From a virus, in IMG/VR virus record IMGVR_UViG_3300045988_008842, positions 1 to 18,974 of that record: a stretch of DNA of 18,974 nt, one strand, 5' to 3'. Made by a program: the position numbers and the translations under genes. Within the stretch, counting starts at the first letter, position 1; each line of letters opens with the position of its first letter. Below the pieces are notes generated by a model, which saw only the letters and a program-made list of their open reading frames with translations, did not search any database and was not told the DNA's origin. Of this stretch, positions 1 to 5,640 are shown piece after piece.

Positions 1-179
1 GGAGGGAGGTGGGAGGGGTGTGGGTTTGTGTGAAGATTTTCCCTTGTGGCTTTTTTTATTTGTGTATTATTTTTTTTTGTTCTGTGTGTGTTGTGTGTCT
101 TTGTTTTGTTCATAGTCCTATTATATTTTTTTTACGCCTGTCTGTCAAGTTTTTTTATTTTCGGCGTGTCGTTTTTTTA

Positions 180-194
180 TTGACACTGTGTCAA
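180..194. promoter_or_regulatory. 15-bp perfect palindrome TTGACAC-T-GTGTCAA, an operator-like site (mirrored at 18781-18795)
   Basis: Arms TTGACAC and GTGTCAA are exact reverse complements around a single T. The site lies in the ITR 6 nt downstream of the direct-repeat motif GGCGTGTCGTT (163-173). It contains a TTGACA -35-like hexamer on each strand. Confidence 0.4.
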
Positions 195-325
195 TGGTTG
201 TATATGCAACAATCTGTGTCTGGCTAAGTTACGGTAACGTAACCGTAGCCTGCTTGTCTACCTATCGGTGGTTGTTTTTTATTTTTTTGTTTTGTTTTGT
301 TTGGGGCGTGTCGTTGTTTTGTTTG

Positions 326-334
326 TGGTATGAT
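326..334 (+). promoter_or_regulatory. Extended -10 promoter TGgTATGAT (left early promoter)
   Basis: The TGnTATGAT motif lies about 33 nt upstream of ATG 367, with the RBS AAGGAA at about 356-361 in between. It is preceded by the second copy of GGCGTGTCGTT (305-315). Confidence 0.5.
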
Positions 335-366
335 AAAACTATCAACTTCAAGGGAAAGGAAATAAA

Positions 367-612
367 ATGATGGTTTCAAATATGACTCTTAGGGAAAAGA
401 ATGAACTGCTGACCACTTTGTGGGATGACCCGTCTGTAACGCTTCATGGCGTCAAGGACGGTGTTACGAGTTCGATTGATCGCGATCAGGCCGTTGACGA
501 TTATGAGGTAGCTTTGTATGATTCGTATCAATTCCTTTTGCCTTATGAAACGGATGACGATTTGCTTCTGTTTTCTGTTGAAGACTTGGAAACGTTTGCT
601 CGGACGTGGTAA
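367..612 (+). CDS. Hypothetical early protein, 81 aa, strongly acidic
   Basis: This is the only + strand gene. Its ATG follows the ITR-borne RBS and it ends 6 nt before a strong hairpin terminator. I count 18 D/E against 5 K/R. I recognise no motif. Confidence 0.7.
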   Translation: MMVSNMTLREKNELLTTLWDDPSVTLHGVKDGVTSSIDRDQAVDDYEVALYDSYQFLLPYETDDDLLLFSVEDLETFARTW

Positions 613-617
613 TAGTA

Positions 618-652
618 AAGCCCCTAGGTTATTAACCTAGGGGCTTATTTTA
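618..652. terminator. Bidirectional intrinsic terminator between convergent genes
   Basis: A 13-bp perfect stem AAGCCCCTAGGTT (618-630) / AACCTAGGGGCTT (634-646) has a 3-nt loop. It is followed by ATTTTAT on the + strand. It sits between the stop of 367..612(+) and the stop of the endolysin gene (663, minus strand). Confidence 0.8.
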
Positions 653-662
653 TGCTGTCAAT

Positions 663-1340
663 TTAGGCGAATACGAGATACCATGCGGACTTGTCTTCTG
701 GTGCGAGTGCGACGTATCGGGTTTTTCCTGAATAGCCTACGTAGTGTGCCCAAATGTATCCTTCTGCGATCATGCCGCCTTCGGATAGGTTGACTGTCTG
801 TCCGTAATGGTATTGGGCTACTATCTGTGCTGAGGTTGACGGCGCAGAGCGTACGTTGAGTGCGTCTACGTTGACTTTGTAGGTTCCTGGAATGATTGTT
901 GCGTTATTGTTTGCCGGTGCTGGCGTGGGCGTGTTTGCCGTGCGTGGGTGGAAGTAGCCGATAATACCGTTCTTGGTGAGGGTTACGTATCCGGCCTTGT
1001 TTGGGTTCTGCGACATGGTTTCCAGGGTGCCGTTGCCGTTGTCTCGCACTACGATGGCTACGTGATTCATGCCATTGCCGTTCCAAAATGCCACGTCACC
1101 GTAAACCGGCGTGTAGTTGCCTGCTTCGCGGATGAATGTGTTTTGCAGTGCTTTGGATCGGTCGTATCGTGCGGTGTAGACGCTTGCGGCGTATCCATCT
1201 ACGGTGTTGGTGTCGGCGGCTGGGATACCGTATACGTTGCGGGCGTAGTTGCTCCATAAGTCCCAGCATTGCCCGCCGTATGCGCCGTCCATGTCTACAA
1301 CCTGTCCGTTTACCGAGTTCATCCATTCTCGAATGTTCAT
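663..1340 (-). CDS. Endolysin: N-terminal CHAP peptidase/amidase plus C-terminal SH3b-like cell-wall-binding domain (225 aa)
   Basis: The start is trimmed to MNIREW (ATG 1340), preceded by AAGGAG. CHAP signature: DMDGAYGGQCWDLW (catalytic Cys), GDVAFW, NHVAIV (His), SQNP. The C-terminus YKVNVDALNVRSAPSTSAQIVAQYHYGQTVNL is SH3b-like. It is the last gene of the late operon, directly after the holin. Confidence 0.9.
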   Translation of the reverse strand: MNIREWMNSVNGQVVDMDGAYGGQCWDLWSNYARNVYGIPAADTNTVDGYAASVYTARYDRSKALQNTFIREAGNYTPVYGDVAFWNGNGMNHVAIVVRDNGNGTLETMSQNPNKAGYVTLTKNGIIGYFHPRTANTPTPAPANNNATIIPGTYKVNVDALNVRSAPSTSAQIVAQYHYGQTVNLSEGGMIAEGYIWAHYVGYSGKTRYVALAPEDKSAWYLVFA

Positions 1341-1341
1341 T

Positions 1342-1713
1342 CTAGTTCTCCTTCTTATGTTTGGGGGTATTGTTTTGCGCGAATACACTCATAAACGGTG
1401 CGTCCGCCAACTCTGGATTGATGGCGGTGATATTTTCGAGGATTGAGGTGAGTTCGATTAGGCTGATGCCGCCTACGGTGCAGACGAACACGCTGACCGG
1501 CAGTCCAAGATCTACATGTAAGTTAATCATGTCCACGAAATAGGCTACCAAGGTGAGCATGAGGTAGGCGAACTTGTGCCATAAGCCTTGTCGCATTTTT
1601 TGTGAACTCAACGTGTTGTTGAGTATGGCTTTTGCAATACCGGTGACGTAGTCTACAATGATGAAGAAGACTATTGCGAACACGCACCATATGTCCGTTG
1701 TCGTCATTGTCAT
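1342..1713 (-). CDS. Holin (phage_holin_4 / LL-H-like family, 123 aa)
   Basis: Hydrophobic helices (IWCVFAIVFFIIVDYVTGIAKA, FAYLMLTLVAYFV, VSVFVCTVGGISLIEL) match the pattern D-Y-x-T-G ... SS-x-G ... K of that holin family. The C-terminus is charged (KHKKEN). AAGGAG lies 7 nt upstream of ATG 1713. The gene is immediately upstream of the endolysin. Confidence 0.8.
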   Translation of the reverse strand: MTMTTTDIWCVFAIVFFIIVDYVTGIAKAILNNTLSSQKMRQGLWHKFAYLMLTLVAYFVDMINLHVDLGLPVSVFVCTVGGISLIELTSILENITAINPELADAPFMSVFAQNNTPKHKKEN

Positions 1714-1724
1714 TAATTATCTCC

Positions 1725-2792
1725 TTACTTTCCTAGTAATTCTCCTATGATTAAGCCAAAGTCGGATTTTACTTGTGAGTCGTCGAACCGTATTTTGCCA
1801 AGTCGATAGCCGGTGGTGAGTCGCCTTATGATATCATCTGACTTTTTGACGTACCATGTTTTTTCGTCAACGTGGTTCGGGTCGAGCGTGTAGATGGGAC
1901 GTGTGTTGTCTTTTGGAATGCGTCGTGAAACATATTGTGAAACATGTCCGTCGCGTTCGGATACGGAAACCCATATTCCAAACCGCGCGTAGTCGGTAGT
2001 GTCCAGCACGTATGACAGTTCGCCATCGCTGGGGATTGGCGCTAGTAACGTGTCCGATTCATCGCGGAACTTGTTACGTATCGCATAGTCAGCATAATCA
2101 CCGTCGTATTGCTCAAGGAATTTGCCGAATTTCGACTGTGCGACTTTTGCCGAGAAGCCGCCATAGTCGGCCAGTTCGAGACATACGAACCCACCGCAAT
2201 ATAATTTGTATTGTTGTTGGTTTTGCTGTTGCGCTCCAATGTCCAGTCGGTATTTTGCAAAATATGGATTGGCTTTTTGAACGGCGTTCGAGAGGAATAG
2301 TACTTTTGTTCTATCCTGCCAACGGTCAACCGTATTGTAAAACTCGCTGAAACTGTTCACTTCGTTGCTCAGAAAGCGTAGATTGTCGGGGAATATTTCG
2401 TCGAAGACAATCAAATGCACTTTAGGGTAGGCGACTGATTTCAATCCGCCCGCTTGAGAAAGCGCGACGAAATAACAGCATGTCCGCCAATCTTTTTCAT
2501 CCCATGATGCTTTATGGATCTGTCCTTTTTCACCGTTGACTCGAAACTCGTACGATGGAAAGAACTCTTGAATATCCTTGAAAAACGTTTCCTTGCGGTG
2601 CTGTTCCACATCCGTGCGGCGCAAATAAATGAACTCATGGCCGTGCTTGAGATATTCCTTGATGCCATACCGTTTCGCTGCGAACGTCTTGCCCAGACCA
2701 CGCGCGCCAATTATGAAATTCCAAGGGGCGTTTCGCGTCAACAGATTATGCAGATCGTAATAATCGCCCTCGTCAAGCGTCTGCAATGTCAT
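1725..2792 (-). CDS. DNA encapsidation (packaging) ATPase, phi29 gp16-like (355 aa)
   Basis: Walker A NFIIGARGLGKTF and Walker B VHLIVFDEIF are present. The start is trimmed to MTLQTL (ATG 2792), preceded by AGGAGGG. The longer track ORF (to 2861) would read through a 12-bp GC hairpin and has no RBS. Confidence 0.9.
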   Translation of the reverse strand: MTLQTLDEGDYYDLHNLLTRNAPWNFIIGARGLGKTFAAKRYGIKEYLKHGHEFIYLRRTDVEQHRKETFFKDIQEFFPSYEFRVNGEKGQIHKASWDEKDWRTCCYFVALSQAGGLKSVAYPKVHLIVFDEIFPDNLRFLSNEVNSFSEFYNTVDRWQDRTKVLFLSNAVQKANPYFAKYRLDIGAQQQNQQQYKLYCGGFVCLELADYGGFSAKVAQSKFGKFLEQYDGDYADYAIRNKFRDESDTLLAPIPSDGELSYVLDTTDYARFGIWVSVSERDGHVSQYVSRRIPKDNTRPIYTLDPNHVDEKTWYVKKSDDIIRRLTTGYRLGKIRFDDSQVKSDFGLIIGELLGK

Positions 2793-2806
2793 GCTTGCAA
2801 CCCTCC

Positions 2807-2848
2807 TAAAACTAGCGGAGGGCGTGCGCCATGACTCGCACGCCCTCC
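2807..2848 (-). terminator. GC-rich hairpin plus short U run in the ATPase leader (terminator/attenuator)
   Basis: On the minus strand GGAGGGCGTGCG (2848-2837) pairs with CGCACGCCCTCC (2828-2817) around an 8-nt loop, followed by GCTAGTTTTA. The ATPase RBS AGGAGGG (2807-2801) follows immediately. Confidence 0.55.
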
Positions 2849-2911
2849 ACCAACCTATCATTGGCAGCCGTTCAAAGGGGAAAGGTCATCATACAACCAC
2901 TGCCACTATTA

Positions 2912-2920
2912 AGTATACCA
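2912..2920 (-). promoter_or_regulatory. Extended -10 promoter TGgTATACT
   Basis: The minus strand reads TG-g-TATACT, 5 nt after the stop codon of the tail lysin gene (2926). It faces the ATPase-holin-endolysin cassette. A second -10-like TATGAT lies at 2893-2888. Confidence 0.4.
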
Positions 2921-2925
2921 CACTT

Positions 2926-4137
2926 TTAGAAAGCGGGAGGATTAGACTTGCCATCCCACACGCTCAATAGCGAATATGCCTGATTATACCGTGTCGTATA
3001 CGGGCCGAACGGGAACGTGCTAAGAATGTTGCTTTTGAGCCGTTCGAGGTTCGACGCCTTCGGCACCCTGAGCGCGTTCGCCGGTGACTGGTGGTATGCC
3101 GTCACCCAAAGAATTTGCATTTTCGTGTCATCATACTCTTTAGGATAGCCCGCATAGTCTTCTGCGAACTGTTTGCGCTGTCCGTCACGCGACTCACTAC
3201 GTGCCGCCCACGTTCTGAACGCGGCCGCCTCCACTGAGGTGAGCGAACGTTTGAACGTGCCGCCCGACTCCATGAGCGCGGCTATTCCAGGCGCGGCGGT
3301 TTTGAATGCCTCATATCCGGTTGGATCGGCGGTTTTCATCGCGTTGAGCACTTGCAGGCGTCGCTCGAAACTCCATTGCGCAATGCCGATACCCTGCAAA
3401 TTGGCCGCTTCCACTGCATCCCAGCGCAAACCGGACTCAACCGCGCCAACCACATAGAGCGCGTACGAGTTTTCCGCACTGACCGAGCTGGACGGGTGCC
3501 CCTGTCCTTGCGAGTCGGACGGCTGGGATTGCGACGCCTTTTCCGAAAAATTATTGGCAGTAGTACGGTAAAAGATGCGTGTCCGCGTCCCGGCATTGTC
3601 GGTCTCGTGCAAGTAGAGGTTGTCGCCCTGCCAATGTATCCATGCTCCCCCGCGTCCAGTATCGGGGTTGCCCTGGTTATTGTTGCCGGTCGGATTGTCC
3701 ACGTCCGGCTTCGGCATGGTACGGGGATGCAAGTAGCCTAAGAGTCCGGTGGTGGGGAACCATTTCAACGCGCTAGCGTCTGGATTTTGCGTGATAACGT
3801 AAATGTTCCCGTCTTTCACGCCGTCACCGGCGACTATGGCCACATGAGTGTAGGGGGTATACGTGCCGTATCCCCATATGGCGACATCCCCAGCCACGGG
3901 CAAGTATCCGTCCGCTGGAATACGTTCGTACACTTGTTCGCACCGTGCGGACACGGGGTATGCGGTATATAGTCCGCCCGCGTATCCAGTTGGGGTTATG
4001 CAATCCTGGATACTCATGCCGTACATATCCATAGAATATTTCGCCCATAAGTCCCAGCATTGCGCCCCGTATGCGCCGTCCATATCCCAGTATCGGCCTT
4101 GCGTCTGCCTAATCCAATCATCAAAAGTAATAGCCAT
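2926..4137 (-). CDS. Virion-associated peptidoglycan hydrolase (phi29 gp13 position): N-terminal CHAP plus G/N/S/Q-rich linker plus C-terminal lysozyme/transglycosylase-like domain (403 aa)
   Basis: The CHAP signature DMDGAYGAQCWDLW ... GDVAIW ... THVAIV ... TQNP is paralogous to the endolysin CHAP domain. The C-terminal domain has VESGLRWD ... GIGIAQWS ... AYHQSP, reminiscent of the E-S / G-x-x-Q / A-Y motifs of lytic transglycosylases; this was matched by eye only. The gene lies between the fibre gene and the ATPase gene. Confidence 0.75.
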   Translation of the reverse strand: MAITFDDWIRQTQGRYWDMDGAYGAQCWDLWAKYSMDMYGMSIQDCITPTGYAGGLYTAYPVSARCEQVYERIPADGYLPVAGDVAIWGYGTYTPYTHVAIVAGDGVKDGNIYVITQNPDASALKWFPTTGLLGYLHPRTMPKPDVDNPTGNNNQGNPDTGRGGAWIHWQGDNLYLHETDNAGTRTRIFYRTTANNFSEKASQSQPSDSQGQGHPSSSVSAENSYALYVVGAVESGLRWDAVEAANLQGIGIAQWSFERRLQVLNAMKTADPTGYEAFKTAAPGIAALMESGGTFKRSLTSVEAAAFRTWAARSESRDGQRKQFAEDYAGYPKEYDDTKMQILWVTAYHQSPANALRVPKASNLERLKSNILSTFPFGPYTTRYNQAYSLLSVWDGKSNPPAF

Positions 4138-4162
4138 GCCACCATTATAGTGGCATGGCTAT
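4130..4162 (-). promoter_or_regulatory. 13-bp hairpin enclosing the start codon of the tail lysin gene, with TATAAT in the loop
   Basis: 4130-4142 is the reverse complement of 4150-4162. The minus-strand loop is TATAATG. ATG 4137-4135 lies in the 3' arm. The minus strand continues TACTTTTGAT after the stem. No usable SD precedes the ATG. Confidence 0.5.
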
Positions 4163-4179
4163 GTGTGGATTATCGGAGA

Positions 4180-5640
4180 CTAAGCGGCGTAGGATGCCAT
4201 GAAACTAGCGTGTCCTTGGTCGGATACAGTCGGATTATATACTCCCCAGACTCCATCTGGCCGAATGTATCCCAGCCGCGGAGTGTTGGTGGAACCACCT
4301 GTGACTATCCACGTCCAAATATTGTGACGTGGATACGCCCATTTCGCCAAGGTTCCACCCTTGCCCTCTCCGATTGATGGAATATCGCCCTGTCCGTCTA
4401 CCGTGACAACGCCGTTTTGCAGAGTGAACTCCACCGGCATGGAGCCGAACATTGAAACGGCGTACGCATGTCGGCCGCGATAGCTGTCACGGCACGCCGT
4501 GTAGAGATATTTTGCGATAACCTTGGCTCCAGTCTCGTTAGGGTGAATGTCTCCCGACGGGAACCAACTGTCTTCGCTCTTACACCAAACGTAGGCGCTG
4601 TCCGCCACCACGACGCGACGATTTCCGGTCGCGGCGGTGATCGCACCGTCGAGCAGTGCGTAATATTTCCGCATTCCGCCTTCGTCGAGAGTGGCATGGT
4701 CGAAGAGCATTGGGGCGATTACGATGATCGCGTTCGGAAACGCCGTCTTCATCGCCACAACTACGTCACGCGCCTTGGTTAGTCCGGTGTTGTAGTCCAG
4801 GATGTCGTTACGTCCACCGGCGCATACGGCGACCTTGATCTTGTCTTTGTCCACACTGGTATCGGCCACGCAATTAGCAACCTGCTGAGCAAACGTCGGA
4901 ATGCCGGACACGTTAAAACCGGCACCGCTCTTCGCATAGTTTTTCCACTGCAATTCCGGAAACATGGTGGACAATTGGTATGACCACGTATGCTCCCTTT
5001 GCGTGCTGTCGGCGTACGAGTCGCCAAACGTCACTAAATATCCGTCCTCGTACTGCGCTTGCCCCAGTTTTTCCAGAATCTGCGCAATCTGCAAGGAATT
5101 ATTGCCCACCGAAGTGGATAGTGCGGTGATATCCGTAGTGTTTTTATCCCACTTCGTTCTGTTTGCTGTGGCGTGCGCGGTGGTGTCGGCCCCTAGCGCT
5201 GTGAGGATGGTTTTGTTCGAGTCGGCCTTGCTGATGGCGGTGGTGGCGTCCACTCCCGCTTTATCCCACTTGGCTTTCGCTTCAGTGGCGTGCGCGGCGG
5301 TGTCCGCGCCGAGCGCGGCGAGAATGGCGCTGTTATTGTCTGCCTTGGCTGCGGCCGCGGTAGCGGCGGTAGCGGCGGCGGTGGCGTCCACTCCTGCTTT
5401 ATCCCATTTGTTTTTCGCAGTGGTGGCGTTGTCCACCGTGCTTCCTCCAAGCAGCGCTTTGACCACTTCTTCATCGTGTGTCTCACGCGACTCCACGCTT
5501 TCGATGCGATTGAGATGCGTTTCGAGCGTGGAGTCAATGGTGCGCATGGATCCGTTATATCCGTCGCGCAGATCGGCGGGGTCGCTGTCGCCGTAAAGAT
5601 TCAGCCCGTAATTGTCGGTTTTGTCGTAGACGGTGGTCAT
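4180..5640 (-). CDS. Tail fibre/appendage protein with SGNH (GDSL) esterase domain (486 aa)
   Basis: The N-terminal anchor motif is YGLNLYGDSDPADLRDGYNGSMRTIDSTL, followed by a coiled segment. Tandem repeats of KWDKAGVDAT...KAD.N..IL.ALGADT.AHAT follow. SGNH blocks are FGDSYAD (I), KSGAGF (II), GGRND (III) and GDIHPNETG (V). A beta-rich C-terminal region completes the protein. Confidence 0.8.
   Translation of the reverse strand: MTTVYDKTDNYGLNLYGDSDPADLRDGYNGSMRTIDSTLETHLNRIESVESRETHDEEVVKALLGGSTVDNATTAKNKWDKAGVDATAAATAATAAAAKADNNSAILAALGADTAAHATEAKAKWDKAGVDATTAISKADSNKTILTALGADTTAHATANRTKWDKNTTDITALSTSVGNNSLQIAQILEKLGQAQYEDGYLVTFGDSYADSTQREHTWSYQLSTMFPELQWKNYAKSGAGFNVSGIPTFAQQVANCVADTSVDKDKIKVAVCAGGRNDILDYNTGLTKARDVVVAMKTAFPNAIIVIAPMLFDHATLDEGGMRKYYALLDGAITAATGNRRVVVADSAYVWCKSEDSWFPSGDIHPNETGAKVIAKYLYTACRDSYRGRHAYAVSMFGSMPVEFTLQNGVVTVDGQGDIPSIGEGKGGTLAKWAYPRHNIWTWIVTGGSTNTPRLGYIRPDGVWGVYNPTVSDQGHASFMASYAA
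5131..5421 (-). repeat. In-frame tandem repeats (about 2.5 units of 40-47 codons) inside the fibre gene
   Basis: The repeat is visible at both the protein and DNA levels (for example CTTTATCCCACTTGGC / CTTTATCCCATTTG, GTGGCGTGCGCGG(T/C)GGTGTC). One unit carries an expanded Ala/Thr run (TAAATAATAAAA) encoded by GCGGC/GGTAGC reiterations. Confidence 0.8.

Larger units (their letters stand above)
1..369. repeat. Left inverted terminal repeat (ITR-L) of a linear protein-primed genome
   Basis: Bases 1-369 are the reverse complement of 18604-18974. The mirrored ORFs 9..227(+) and 18748..18966(-) give the identical 72-aa translation. By-eye alignment of the rest shows only a 2-nt AA indel near 362. 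The repeat is strongly G/T-skewed, starts GGAGGGAGGTGGGAGGGG, and ends at the ATG of the first inward gene. Confidence 0.95.

Noticed and set aside
180-208. TTGACA (180-185) as the -35 of a canonical sigma-70-type promoter
   Set aside because: No acceptable -10 lies at 16-18 nt spacing; only TATATG or TATGCA are available. The hexamer is better explained as half of the 15-bp palindrome.
9-370. ORFs 9..227(+), 188..370(+) and the mirror ORF 18748..18966(-) inside the ITRs
   Set aside because: Their Cys/Phe/Val-rich low-complexity translations follow directly from the G/T-skewed repeat. They have no RBS. One of them reads outward-in from the very genome end. The duplication simply reflects the ITR.
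5340-5395. The GCGGC/GGTAGC reiterations (including a GCGGCCGC site), considered as a non-coding microsatellite or CRISPR-like array
   Set aside because: They are in frame within the fibre gene and encode an Ala/Thr run. There is no repeat-spacer organisation anywhere in the window.
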